63,387 nucleotides of DNA, filler included, from Candidatus Tectimicrobiota bacterium (GCA_016193065.1; 9 parts of 9 records of this genome joined end to end with filler, not necessarily neighbours in it), one strand, 5' to 3'. Positions 8,941 to 19,812 are shown, counted from the whole stretch's first letter. Program-made: numbers and translations. The notes: generated by a model from the sequence alone, not told the origin.

Positions 8941-10347
8941 CTACTCCTCAGGCAACACGAATTGGTAAGCCTCGATCAAATCAGCGAGCGCAGTTGTATG
9001 GTCGATCCTTGGCGGGTTATTGTCCCGCCGCCATGGCGGCAGGGCCTGGTCACCGTCGCCAAACGCTCTATAGAACTCATCGAGGGCGTCGCGTTGCTCC
9101 TTCCCGATGCGGCCGCCAACCTTGACCCAGCGATATATCGCGTCTGCCTGCGAATGAAATAGGCCCTCGTACAGATATTGAAGCTGACTCCGGGGGAACC
9201 TCGCTTTCTTGAAAGCCTTCACACACTCAAGGAGGGTTCGCGCCTGGTTCAAGGTGTACGGCCTTTGCGTTAGCCGTATCTGGCGGTCTCCGCGAGGGAA
9301 CACAAAAGATTCCTGCGTGAGCACCTCTTCGCGCAGCGTATTCAAATCGCTGCTGCCAGCAGCCGTGACGACCATAAAATCCAGCGAGCCCGTACGGTAT
9401 CCCTCCTCGGCACAGCGCTGCTTTGCTCGTTTGAGCAACTGGCCAGCCAGGCTATGGCAAGCGGCCATCGGAAAACCTGCGTGAGCCAACACGACAGCCG
9501 TCCCCAGCGTAAGGGGCTTTTCATCGGGCAGGTGTCCCGCCCTCAAGGCCTCTCGGGAATCCCGTTCAAACGTCGCCGTTATCTCCAGTGCAACCGATAG
9601 GGCCATATCTCCGGCTGTAACCAGCATCAGGACATCCCTCACCGTTTTCTGAATCAGTTGATCCAGCTTGTCGGCAAAGGCCCCGTACTCCTCTGCACCT
9701 GCGAGCTGCTTCAGCCGCTCGCCGATACTATTCCCGTCCGAGTACATGAAGCCGATATAGCCGGGGGGCCGCGCGACTGCCCCGAGAGCATTCAAGTCTT
9801 CCGGCGCGTTCACATCCCGGTTTCGGTCGAATGCCTGCCTCTTGGCGTAGCATGAATGACAGATCGCCGACTGATCTAGGTGCGAGACCCTCGAGGCGGG
9901 ATGGCGCTCGCAGGCCGCGCATGGCTGCGTATACGATTCGATCCCTGGCAACAGCCGGCGGGCTTTCTCATCCTTCGCCTCTCGCAGTTTGAGCCATGCC
10001 ATGGCCACCCGCTCCCCAAATCCTTCGGTCTTGGTTGCTGGCGCCAGGCGCATCGGCGCACCAGTGATCGATGCGGTCAAGGCCTTGTGGCCATACGAGG
10101 CTTGAACCACGTTGATGATGTGTTTGGCCTTCGCTTCGGAGGGTGCCAACAACACCGCCGAGCCTCCCGCCGCGAAGACAATCTCACAGTCGGGACACAC
10201 CGGTCGAACCACACGCCCCAATTCCGCCCTGCTGTTTAACTCGGTGAGCAACCAGCTCGCCCCTCTCACCTCACGGAGTTTGTCGGTGGCGAACACGTAC
10301 TCCTTGATCCGGTCTGTGTCAAAGCAGACAAGATATTCATCACTCAT
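8941..10347 (-). CDS. cas10: Cas10, HD-less type III-D form; GGDD motif absent as assembled
   Basis: FDTDRIKEYVFATDKLREVRGASWLL N-terminus, FAAGGSA, Zn finger CAAC...CHSC, YSDGNSIG, LLKRAKQ, SLDF, LTQRPYT. Confidence 0.92.
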   Translation of the reverse strand: MSDEYLVCFDTDRIKEYVFATDKLREVRGASWLLTELNSRAELGRVVRPVCPDCEIVFAAGGSAVLLAPSEAKAKHIINVVQASYGHKALTASITGAPMRLAPATKTEGFGERVAMAWLKLREAKDEKARRLLPGIESYTQPCAACERHPASRVSHLDQSAICHSCYAKRQAFDRNRDVNAPEDLNALGAVARPPGYIGFMYSDGNSIGERLKQLAGAEEYGAFADKLDQLIQKTVRDVLMLVTAGDMALSVALEITATFERDSREALRAGHLPDEKPLTLGTAVVLAHAGFPMAACHSLAGQLLKRAKQRCAEEGYRTGSLDFMVVTAAGSSDLNTLREEVLTQESFVFPRGDRQIRLTQRPYTLNQARTLLECVKAFKKARFPRSQLQYLYEGLFHSQADAIYRWVKVGGRIGKEQRDALDEFYRAFGDGDQALPPWRRDNNPPRIDHTTALADLIEAYQFVLPEE

Positions 10348-10563
10348 AAGGATTCCTTCCTCTTGGCCTCAAGCCCCTCGGTTGCGTTCGGTGGACTATG
10401 GGATTGAGCCCCTCAAGTACCTCTATATTTTTCCCATCGAACACGCTCATGCCCGTAACTCACCGGCGTAAGGGTTCCGGACAGGAGCCCGCGCGGTATT
10501 CCTGGCGCTTGATTGTCGAATAACGCGCGCAGGCGCAGGCACCAGAGCGAACTCTGCTCTCCC

Positions 10564-11637
10564 TCACCTTGAATCGGGCAGAGCCAGCTTGAATAGGCCC
10601 AGCCCGAAGACGGTGCCCTTCCCCACGTGCACCCATTCTCCCAATCGGAGGAGCGGCAAGAATTCATCCAGCGCGCCCCGGAACTGGGCCGAGCCAACGA
10701 AGCCCCCCATGAGCATGGTCGTCTCCTGCCGGGCCGAGTACCGCTGCCACTCTACCCACCGGAGATCCTTTGCCACAGCCTCAACCGCCTGCGCCCGCTG
10801 GATGAGGCCCCGGAAGTCCAGGTCCAGGCGCTGGCCGCAATGGAAATAGGAGAGGGTGGAGAGGCGCCGCAGGAGGTTTCGGATGAGAATGTGGAACTCC
10901 AGGTCGGAGGCCAGGCGGTTCTCGAACTTGAGGCGGGTCGGGGTCAGGAACTCAATGCCCAAACGACCGTGATCGTGACCGTGGTCGTGATCGTCATCGT
11001 GATCGTGGGCGTGATCGTTGGGGTGGTCGTGGACGGCGAACAGCCGTGATCGTGATTCGTGTTCGTGGCCGTCCGAGGCTTCGGCGCCGGTGCGGATGCG
11101 GAAGTCGTCGCGCAAAACCCTGCGGTCGCCTGCGTAGATCATCGCCCACCCATCCGGCCCGCGATTCCTGGTCTCTCCGCGGACCTCGGCCAGGCGGTAC
11201 CGGCCGTGCTGTCGGCCGAGCCCGGTCCGACCCAGTTCCTCGAAGGCCACGATAAAGTAGGGTAGGTAATCAATCCCCCGCCCGATGAGCGTCAGGCCGA
11301 ACTCCAGGGAGTCGCCGGCCGCGTAGTTCCGGCGCCCATTCAGGGGCGGCTCGATGACGAAAGGATGGGGCGCGGCCGGGTACTTCCGGAGCATTTCGGT
11401 GTCGGCCGCCGGGGGCGTCTCGAAGACGTACTGGTACGGGCACTGCTGGCGGACCAGGCACCGGTCGCACTCCCCGTGCCGAACCACGCAGACCGCCCGC
11501 TTGAAGGCATGCCCGAATCCACCGCGCAGGGCAGATCCCGCGTACTCGGGGATCTGCAAACGCTCCTCGGCCTCGATCACGAATTTGAACTTGCCGACCC
11601 GGAAGCCATCCAGCACCGCAGGGATCTCCCTAAACAA
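10564..11637 (-). CDS. cas6: Cas6 pre-crRNA endoribonuclease with His/Asp-rich insertion
   Basis: YAGSALRGGFG, Cys cluster, APHPFVIEPP, FLTPTRLK, C-terminal G-loop HVGKGTVFGLG. Confidence 0.95.
   Translation of the reverse strand: MFREIPAVLDGFRVGKFKFVIEAEERLQIPEYAGSALRGGFGHAFKRAVCVVRHGECDRCLVRQQCPYQYVFETPPAADTEMLRKYPAAPHPFVIEPPLNGRRNYAAGDSLEFGLTLIGRGIDYLPYFIVAFEELGRTGLGRQHGRYRLAEVRGETRNRGPDGWAMIYAGDRRVLRDDFRIRTGAEASDGHEHESRSRLFAVHDHPNDHAHDHDDDHDHGHDHGRLGIEFLTPTRLKFENRLASDLEFHILIRNLLRRLSTLSYFHCGQRLDLDFRGLIQRAQAVEAVAKDLRWVEWQRYSARQETTMLMGGFVGSAQFRGALDEFLPLLRLGEWVHVGKGTVFGLGLFKLALPDSR
10969..11068. repeat. Degenerate hexamer (CACGAT/GATCGT) tandem repeat inside cas6
   Basis: gtgatcgtgaccgtggtcgtgatcgtcatcgtgatcgtg..., encoding HEHESRSRLFAVHDHPNDHAHDHDDDHDHGHDH in frame. 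Confidence 0.85.
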
Positions 11638-11744
11638 AAACGCCGCACTTCCCCCGCAGGGAAAATACGGCGACGCCTCCCCCTCCCGACTGACCCATCG
11701 CGTCCGTCCTTTGATGCGACAAGGTGGCCCGATGGTGGGTCGTG

Positions 11745-11773
11745 AAAATACGCTGTCCCACAGGAGATGTCAA
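11745..11773 (-). promoter_or_regulatory. Sigma70-like promoter of the cas operon
   Basis: Minus strand TTGACA-N17-TATTTT about 110 bp upstream of cas6. Confidence 0.55.
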
Positions 11774-11953
11774 CTGCTTTATCCGCATTTGTAGTCTTGT
11801 ACGCGTTTGTACCCCCTCCCGGCAGGGAGAGATCCTATGGCGGATCCCCTCTGAGAGGTATGCGGAGGACCGGACACCTGGGATCCGTCCAGACCGTCAG
11901 GGTGACGCCCCACACAAAGACGGTAGAGCTGCCCCGAGAGTAAGACAGCACCG

Positions 11954-12067
11954 CCCTACGCCGATGCCATTGCCGTTGCGATCGCACAAAAGGAAGACGC
12001 CATCATCGTGACCGGGGATCCGGAGTTTGGGAATGTCGAACATCTCGTCACGGTTGACTGGCTCTGA
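11954..12067 (+). pseudogene. VapC/PIN toxin C-terminal remnant
   Basis: Translates PYADAIAVAIAQKEDAIIVTGDPEFGNVEHLVTVDWL*; no start or N-terminal half. Confidence 0.75.
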
Positions 12068-12238
12068 TGCAGAAGCAACCGCAGATGGACGCAGATAAAC
12101 GCCGTTGCTCGATAGGTGTGAAAAAGAATGGACCNNNNNNNNNNNNNNNNNNNNNNNNNNNNNNNNNNNNNNNNNNNNTTAATTAATTAANNNNNNNNNN
12201 NNNNNNNNNNNNNNNNNNNNNNNNNNNNNNNNNNGGAG

Positions 12239-13647
12239 ATGAATGCGATCCAGGAAATCCCGCTGAGGATTCGGAACCTTTCCAAGAACCTCCTCTACCT
12301 GGGGCAGGTTTATGCGGACCCCCGGGATGCGCTCAATGAGTTTGTGTCCAACGCTGCCGACGAGTACGTGCAGGCGGGGCGACAGGGGGCGGTGATCCAG
12401 ATCTATCTGGGCCGGAAAGGGGATCGGCCGTGGCCCCGGGTGTCGGACCGGGGCCGGGGAATGTCCCGCCCGCAGCTCGAGCGGGTGGCGACCAGCCTGT
12501 GCGAATCGGAGAAGGCCAATTTCCGTGAGGTCCCCGAGGTCATTGGGGAGAAGGGGATCGGCATCCTGGGTTTTGCCTCCATTGCCGAGCAATGCGATCT
12601 CGTCTCTCGGGCCGAGGGGAGCGACGAGACCCACTGTATGTCCCTGATGAAAGGGAGAGAGTCCTGTACGATCCGCCTTGAGGAGACGCGGAAGCGGACG
12701 GAGGCCGGCACCGACGTTTATCTTTACGGCATCTCGAAGGACAACCTGCGGATCCTGACACCGCAGAAGCTTTCCGAATACTTCCGGATTCGCCGGCGCA
12801 GCGCCTTGCTGCGGGGCGACTATGCGCTGGAGATTGTGGAAGGGCGGAAGACGTATCCGGTCCGGCCCGAGACCTACAAGGGAATTCCCTTCGAAGTTCC
12901 TTCTGCGAATACTTCATTTGGGAAGATCCGGTTCCACCTGTATCTCTGGCCGACACCGGCCCAAGGGAGGCAAGTGGCGGTCATCGGCAAAGGAGGGACG
13001 ACGATTCTGGACAGCCTGGACGAATTGGACGAGTTTCGATCCCCTCCGTGGAATATGAACCAGGTCCAGGGGGACATCACCTTTGCGGCGCTTGAGCAAA
13101 CCACGGGACGCAAGGGGATTGTCCGCGACCCGGAGCGCTTTGCCGAGAAGTCTTTGCAAAGGTCCTCAAGGAGTTGGAAGATCTCGAGATGCCTCTGCGG
13201 ACCGGGGTGGCGGATCCCGGCGGGGAACCGGGCCCTGGTGCCGCCGTCGATCCAAAAGACAGGGTGCCCGGGGGGATCCATCCAGGGCGTCCTAACGCAG
13301 CAGGGAATCCCACCAGCCAGGCTGTGGACCCGTCCCAATTCCAGACGACCCGGCAGAGATCCCGTCCCCTGCCGACCTGGTACCCCAGGCCGTTTGAAGA
13401 CAATAAAAACCACCTGCGCAGCGAGCTGGATCCGGACCAGCGGGTCATCTACGTAAACGACAGACACCCGGAGTATGTGGCCAGTAAACGGACATCGCAG
13501 GGGTTCATGGTGTATCTGACTCTCCTTACGGCCAAGGAACTGGCGCTGTGGCATTTCCCGCGCATGGATTCGGTTACCGTTGGAGAGGAAATGATCCGCA
13601 TCTTCCTCCGGGCCCGGAAGTATCTCCCTGATTCTCTCAGCACTTGA
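12239..13647 (+). CDS. GHKL (Hsp90/MutL/MORC-like) ATPase, split by a frameshift or deletion near 13145
   Basis: ALNEFVSNAAD (N box), VSDRGRGMS, IGEKGIGILG, GTDV. The C-terminal part (13174-13647) has VIYVNDRHPEY. Confidence 0.8.
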
Positions 13648-13656
13648 GGGCCGGCC

Positions 13657-14513
13657 GTGGCCAAGATCGTCAGCTTCATCAACTTTAAGGGCGGGGTGGG
13701 CAAGACGACCACCGCGGTTGAGATCGCCGTCAGCCTGGCCGCGCACCACGGCAAGCGGGTTCTCCTGGTGGATTTGGACCCGCAGACCAACGCGACCTTC
13801 TACCTGGTCCGGGAAGCGGACTGGGCTTCCTGGGTGCAGGAGCGCGGGTCTCTGAAGGACCTCTTTGATGCCGTGCTGGGCGGGGATCGCCCGTGCGAAA
13901 TCCGCAATGCCATCATGCAGACCGTCGCTGCGGGAGGGCTGGCCATCCCGGGTCTCCATTTGCCCCCCTCTCATCTGGAGCTGATCAGCGTGGATCTGCG
14001 GCTGGCATGGCCTCTCACCTCCGGAAGATCGCCGATGAGTATGACTACATCCTGTGCGATTGCCCTCCCAACTTCAACCTGATCACGCAAAACGGGATGT
14101 TTGCCAGCGAGGCCTACGTGGTCCCCATGCTCCCCGATTTCCTTTCCACCATCGGGATCACGCTGATCCGCCGAGAGGTGGAAAATTTCACGGCGGGCAT
14201 GCAAAGGGCTGTGGCCTCCTTTGGCGGCGGATTTGCCGGACCGCAGCTGCGCGGGGTGATCTTCAGCCGGGTGCGGGTGCTGAAATACGGATCGCCCGCC
14301 CGTCTCGCGGGTCTTCACGCGCAAATGATCCGTTCGATCCGGGATGACCCGTTTTTCGGCCCCAAGATCTTCCGCCACTTTATTCCCGAGAGCGTTCACG
14401 TCGGTGAGGCACCGGCGCGAAAGATCCCCGCTTCCCTGTCTCCGGACGGCTCGCACCGGGCGCTTGGGAAACAGTTTCGCGCGCTGGCCGCCGAGTTTTT
14501 CGAGAAAGTGTAG
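13657..14513 (+). CDS. ParA/Soj-family ATPase, split by a frameshift or deletion near 14008
   Basis: Deviant Walker A NFKGGVGKTT and LVDLDPQTNAT; second frame has YDYILCDCPPNF. Confidence 0.88.
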
Positions 14514-14527
14514 GAAGGAGCAACTCT

Positions 14528-14923
14528 GTGCAGACTCATCAACTGGCCGATTTGCTCGAAAGCCTGGCGCAGGCCTGTCGGGCGGCGCCTGACGTGGAGA
14601 TCTCTGCTGTCTTCTCCCAGCTCGGGATAGAGATTCCGAGGCGGACCCGCTCCGGACGCCCGAAGTCAACCCGGTTGCCGGAGGCGCCTCTGCCCGGGCT
14701 GGATGTTGAGGATCTCCGTAAGATGTCTCGGGAGGATCTGGTGGCTTGCTTGAGGAGCCCTCGGCATTTCCGCACGAAGGGGGATCTGGTAGCGCTTGGC
14801 CGGTCCTGTGAAATTGCGGTCAACGAGAAGATGAAACGGGAGGAAATTGTCGAGCGGATTGCCCGGCAGTTCCATGATCTTCCCCAGGGGCGCCAGATCC
14901 TGGGTTCATTTCCAGCCGGCTAG
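14528..14923 (+). CDS. Hypothetical protein, possible C-terminal HEH/Rho-N-like helical domain
   Basis: SD AGGAAGGAG, GTG start, operonic with parA; TKGDLVALGRS...KMKREEIVERI pattern. Confidence 0.6.
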   Translation: MQTHQLADLLESLAQACRAAPDVEISAVFSQLGIEIPRRTRSGRPKSTRLPEAPLPGLDVEDLRKMSREDLVACLRSPRHFRTKGDLVALGRSCEIAVNEKMKREEIVERIARQFHDLPQGRQILGSFPAG

Positions 14924-14929
14924 AGTGGG

Positions 14930-16231
14930 GTGAAGTTGATCTCCGGGCGGGCCTGGTGCTGGATTCTGTACGATTTTGCCAACACGATCTTTGCCCTCAA
15001 TATCCTCTCCCTCTATTTCGCCCTTTGGGTGACCAGCGATCTGCCCGGAGGTGAGTACCTCTATGCCCCTGCTTTTTCCCTGTCGATGGTTGCCGTCGCT
15101 CTGGCGTCCCCGGTCTTGGGCAATCTGGCGGACCGGATGGGGAATAAGAAGTTCTTGGTCCTCTTCACGCTCTTGTGCGTCGGAGCGACGGCGATCCTCC
15201 CCCTCTCCTGGGGCGCGCTCTCGGCCCTGGCCCTGTTTATCGTCGCGAATTTTTCTTACCAGATCGGCCTGGTCTTCTACAACTCTCTGCTGCCCGCGGT
15301 CAGCACTCCGGAAAACCGGGGGCGGGTCTCGGGCCTGGGGGTTTCTCTCGGCTACGCCGGGGCGATTTTCGGCATGTACCTGGTTTATCCCTTCGTGGAG
15401 CCCGGTGTTTACCAGAAGCTTCCGGAATGGCTCCGGGCGGTCATTGGCTCTCTCTCGGTGCAAGACCTGACTTTGAAAACCGGCCCGCTGCGGATCAATG
15501 CGTTTCTCCCCTCGGCCTTGCTGTTCTTGGTTTTTGCGCTCCCCCTGTTTACCGGAGTGCGCGAACCCTTGCGGGACAGAGTGCGGCCCGATAGGGCTCC
15601 GGTCCTGAAAGAGATCTGGGCAACTTTGCGCGCTCTTCCCGGGCAGCGGGACTTGGCCCTTTTCCTGCTCGCCAACTTCCTCTATGAGGATGTGATTCAT
15701 ACGGTGATTCTGGTCATGGCCATCTATGCCGAGAAGGCCATCGGGTTCTCCTCGCAAGGAGCAATCAATCTCCTGATCGCCATCTCGACCGTGGCGGCGA
15801 TCCTGGCCTCCTATGTGTGGGGCTGGCTCTGTGACCGGCGTCCTCTGAAAGGGGTCATGCTCTGGGTCCTCGGGGTCTGGATGGGGGCACTGATCCTCGC
15901 CCTGGGGATCACTTCTCAAAGGGAGTTTTATGCCGTCGGGGTCCTGGCAGGGGTAGGGCTCGGTGGGGTGTGGGTGGTGTCGCGTCTGTGCCTGCTCGCT
16001 CTGGCACCGCGGGAGCGGATCGGGGAGTACTTTGGGCTCTACGGGGTGACCGGCAAGGTCGCTGCCGTGGTCGGGCCCCTGGTCTGGTCCGGGGTCCTTC
16101 TCCTCTTCTCTTACCGGGAAGATCTCAAATACCGCGCTGCAATTGCCGCGCTTCTCGTTCTTCTTGGAGCGGCACTGGCGATCTTCTCCCGGGTGCGAAT
16201 TCCCGAGGCGCGGCGCTGTCAAACTCCTTGA
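14930..16231 (+). CDS. MFS transporter (UMF1/Atg22-like)
   Basis: WCWILYDFANTIF, about 12 TM helices, VFYNSLLP, RGRVSGLG, EYFGLYGVTGK. Confidence 0.9.
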   Translation: MKLISGRAWCWILYDFANTIFALNILSLYFALWVTSDLPGGEYLYAPAFSLSMVAVALASPVLGNLADRMGNKKFLVLFTLLCVGATAILPLSWGALSALALFIVANFSYQIGLVFYNSLLPAVSTPENRGRVSGLGVSLGYAGAIFGMYLVYPFVEPGVYQKLPEWLRAVIGSLSVQDLTLKTGPLRINAFLPSALLFLVFALPLFTGVREPLRDRVRPDRAPVLKEIWATLRALPGQRDLALFLLANFLYEDVIHTVILVMAIYAEKAIGFSSQGAINLLIAISTVAAILASYVWGWLCDRRPLKGVMLWVLGVWMGALILALGITSQREFYAVGVLAGVGLGGVWVVSRLCLLALAPRERIGEYFGLYGVTGKVAAVVGPLVWSGVLLLFSYREDLKYRAAIAALLVLLGAALAIFSRVRIPEARRCQTP

Positions 16232-16308
16232 CACCCCCGGGACCGTGGGCTACAAGAGGCAGTGACAGCCTACGCTTTATCATTGCTGGATGAGGGGGAT
16301 CAGGTTCC

Positions 16309-16838
16309 ATGAAGATCATTGTCTGCATCAAGCAGGTTCCGGAGGTTGAGGACTTAAAGTTTGATCCTGACAAGAGGACTTTAGTTCGGGAAGGAGTCGA
16401 AAATATCATCAATCCCTTTGACCGCAGGGCGATTACTCAGGCGGTGGCCCTCAAAGAGCAGTTTGGCGGGGAGGTTCTTGTGGTAACCATGGGTCCTCCT
16501 CAAGCCGAAGAGGCCTTGGTGGAAGCTCTGGCGATGGGTGCGGACCGGGCTCTTCACCTGGTCGATCGGGCCTTTGCCGGGGCCGACACCCTGGCTACGG
16601 CCAGAACGCTGGCCATGCTCATTGAGCGGGAAGGGTACGACTTGGTCTTTTGCGGCCGCTACAGCGTGGACGCGGAGACGGGGCAGGTGGGCCCGGAAGT
16701 CGCCGAGCTTCTCGGCATCCCTCAGGTGACGGGGGTGCGCAAGGTCGAAGTTCAGCCGGGAGGGAAGAGCTTCCTTGCCGAAAGAGAAACGGATGATGGC
16801 TACTCGGTCCTGGAGGTCCCGCTGCCTGCTCTTTTGAC
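16309..16838 (+). CDS. etfB: Electron transfer flavoprotein beta subunit (3' partial)
   Basis: MKIIVCIKQVP, INPFD, TMGPPQA, ALAMGADRA, GADTLATA, DAETGQVG. Confidence 0.95.
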
Positions 16839-17015
16839 NNNNNNNNNNNNNNNNNNNNNNNNNNNNNNNNNNNNNNNNNNNNTTAATTAATTAANNNNNN
16901 NNNNNNNNNNNNNNNNNNNNNNNNNNNNNNNNNNNNNNTGGATCCCGAGGTGCTGCTGGCGGCAGTCAGGCACCTGCCGCGCTAGCCTGTCAAAGCCAGG
17001 TTGCTGGAGGTGAAC

Positions 17016-18047
17016 ATGAGAAAAGCCATCGGCCTCTTGCTCGTCATCGTTCTCGCGGGTCTGCTGACGTACGACGCAGGCTCCCCCGTAGGGGCGCAGG
17101 AAATCGACCTGAAACTGTCCCACTTTATGGCGCCCGCCCACCCCATGGACCAGTTTGTCATGCGCCCCTGGGCGCAGAAGGTGGAAAAACTCACCCGTGG
17201 GAAGGTAAAGATCAAGCTCTTTCCCGGCGGCGTGCTGGGTCCCCCTCCGGCGCAGTACAATTCGGCCGTCAAAAACATTGCGAACATCGCCTTCGGCCTT
17301 CAGGGGTACACACCGGGCCGTTTTTCCGTCACCTCGGTGATGGAGCTTCCCTTCCTCGTCGACGATTCGACGGACGGAACCCGCGTCATGTGGGATCTCA
17401 TGAAAACCTTCCTGAAGGATGAGTACAAGGACACCCACGTCCTGCTTCTCTGGCAGTCCGACCCCGCGATCATCATGACCCGGAAGAAGCCCGTGAAGAC
17501 CCTGGAAGACATGCAGGGCCTCAAGATCCGCAGTCCCTCGGCCGCACAGGCGGGGATCATCAGCGCTCTGGGCGGCGTGCCCGTGCAGATGCCCATCACC
17601 GACGCGTACAACTCCCTGGAGAGGGGAGTGATCGACGGGATCATGGCCCCCTGGTCCGCGGTCCGCTCGTTCAAGTTCGATGAAATCGCCAACTACTACA
17701 CCGACGCCGGGATCGCCCGCAGCACGTTCTTCCTGGTCCTGAACCAGAAGGTCTGGGATGACCTTCCCGCCGACGCAAAACAGGTGATTTCGGAGACCAC
17801 CGGCGTGGAGGAATCGGTGCACGCAGCCCAGGTCTACATGGATATCGCGGAAAAGGCCAAGAGCTTCGTCAAGCAGAAGAGGAGCGAGATCATCCTCCTG
17901 TTGGGGGCGGAAAAGACCAGATGGAAGAAAGCCGTGCGGCCTTTTTCCGACCAGTGGGTCCGGGACATGGAGAAGAAAGGTTTGGCCGGCGAGAAGATTC
18001 TGGCTGAGGCCGAGAAGCTGGCCGAAAAATACGAAAAGAGCCGCTAA
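17016..18047 (+). CDS. dctP: TRAP transporter substrate-binding protein
   Basis: Signal peptide, LKLSHF, FPGGVLG, YTPGRF, ELPF, DMQGLKIR, YNSLERGVIDG. Confidence 0.93.
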   Translation: MRKAIGLLLVIVLAGLLTYDAGSPVGAQEIDLKLSHFMAPAHPMDQFVMRPWAQKVEKLTRGKVKIKLFPGGVLGPPPAQYNSAVKNIANIAFGLQGYTPGRFSVTSVMELPFLVDDSTDGTRVMWDLMKTFLKDEYKDTHVLLLWQSDPAIIMTRKKPVKTLEDMQGLKIRSPSAAQAGIISALGGVPVQMPITDAYNSLERGVIDGIMAPWSAVRSFKFDEIANYYTDAGIARSTFFLVLNQKVWDDLPADAKQVISETTGVEESVHAAQVYMDIAEKAKSFVKQKRSEIILLLGAEKTRWKKAVRPFSDQWVRDMEKKGLAGEKILAEAEKLAEKYEKSR

Positions 18048-18058
18048 GCCCAAGGCGC

Positions 18059-18559
18059 ATGACGGGGCTCGAACGGCTGTACAATTTGCTATCCCGCCTG
18101 ACGAAGGGATTAGGCTACGTCGCCGGGATCATCCTGATGGTCCTCATGGGGATGACCATCCTCGACGTGGCCGGCCGCTATCTCTTCGACGATCCGGTTC
18201 CCGGCGTCTTTGAGCTCACCCAGATCATGATGTCCATCCTCGTGGCCTTCGGCCTGGCTTACTGCGGGACCAGGAAAGGTCACGTGGGGGTGGATATCTT
18301 TTTCCACAGATTTCCCCGGCCCCTGCAGAGAATCTCCAACCTGCTGACCGGTGTTCCGTCTCTGGTGCTACTCATTCTGATCGTGGTTCAAACGTATCAA
18401 CACGGGCTGGAAGTAGAGAGCAATCACACGGTATCCGGGATTCTGTCCATTCCCCTCTACCCGTTCATCTTCGTGACGGCCCTGGGGATGGCTTTCTACG
18501 CCCTGGTGATCTTGCTGGACCTCGTCCGGGGCGTTCTCGAAATGATCCATGAGCAGTGA
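18059..18559 (+). CDS. dctQ: TRAP small permease
   Basis: 4 TM; DVAGRYLFDDPVPGVFEL, GHVGVD. Confidence 0.93.
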   Translation: MTGLERLYNLLSRLTKGLGYVAGIILMVLMGMTILDVAGRYLFDDPVPGVFELTQIMMSILVAFGLAYCGTRKGHVGVDIFFHRFPRPLQRISNLLTGVPSLVLLILIVVQTYQHGLEVESNHTVSGILSIPLYPFIFVTALGMAFYALVILLDLVRGVLEMIHEQ

Positions 18560-19812
18560 ACTCCTCGTCGGAATCTACGGAATTCTCGCCATGATCGGTC
18601 TCCTGATCTTTGGGATGCCGGTCGGACTGTCGATGGCCGTGGTCGGCTTCGTGGGATTCGCTCACTTGGCCGGCTGGCAATCCGCCCTGGCCATTCTGGG
18701 AAGCTACCCCTTCGATTACAGCGCCAACTATGCATTGAGCATCATTCCCCTGTTCATTCTCATGGGTCAGTTCGCTTATTACTCAGGCATGAGCCGGGAC
18801 ATGTTCTATTCCGCCCACCAATGGCGCGGCCACCTTCCGGGGGGCCTGGGTATGGCCACCATCGCGGGATGCGCGGGGTTCGCGGCCGTTTCCGGCTCGA
18901 GCCTCGCCACCTCGGCGACCATGGGAACGGTGGCCCTGCCGGAAATGCTGAAGTACAAGTACCATCACCGGCTGGCCGCCGGCAGCATCGCCGCCGGGGG
19001 AACGCTGGGAATACTGATCCCCCCGAGCACGGGATTCGTCGTTTACGGCCTGATCACCGAGCAATCCATCGGAAAGCTGTTCCTGGCGGGCATCCTCCCG
19101 GGCCTCCTTCTGACCGTCCTGTTCATGGTCAGCATCTACATCCAGACCCGGCTGAAGGGAGAAGATGCGTTCCCTGGCCGGCGCCTGGGGAATCACCGCG
19201 CTGTTCATCGTCGTGATCGGGGGGATCTACACCGGGGTCTTCACTCCGACGGAAGCCGCGGCGGTGGGCGCTTTCGGCACCCTGCTCTTCGCCCTCTGCA
19301 AGGGAAAGGCGAAAGGAAGAACGATCAAGGAGAGCCTGCTCTATTCCATCCAGACGACGGCGATGATCTTTCTGATCCTGATCGGCGCCCACATCTTCAC
19401 TCCCTTCCTGGCCATTTCCAACCTCCCCACGGTCCTGGTGGGGCTGGTGACGGAACACAATCTCTCCCCGTATACAGTGCTCATCGGTTTCGTCGTCCTC
19501 CTGATCATCCTCGGCTGCTTCCTGGAGGGGCTGGCGATGATCGTGATGACGGTTCCCCTCGTTTTTCCGGCGATCACGGCGCTGGGGTTTGACCCCATCT
19601 ACTTCGGGGTGATTCTGGTGATCGTGCTGGAAATGGGGCTCATCACCCCACCGGTGGGATTGAACGTCTTCGTGCTGAAGGGGGTCGCCCCCGATATCAC
19701 GCTCAAGGACGCCTTCATCGGGATTTTCCCTTTCTGGCTGGCCATGCTGGTCTGCCTGGTGATTTTGCTCCTCTTTCCCCAGATCGCGATGCTTATCCCG
19801 AACACTCTCTGA
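18549..19812 (+). CDS. dctM: TRAP large permease, frameshift or deletion near 19160
   Basis: IPLFILMG, GTLGILIPPS; second frame FTPTEAAAVG, GLITPPVGLNVFV. Confidence 0.92.

Noticed and set aside
12135-12234. Recurrent TTAATTAATTAA palindrome flanked by Ns (eight occurrences)
   Set aside because: Artificial contig linker with stops in all frames; not biological. ORFs running into it are partial.
11637-14923. Functional link between the CRISPR locus and the GHKL/ParA genes
   Set aside because: They are separated by a linker, so adjacency is not established.
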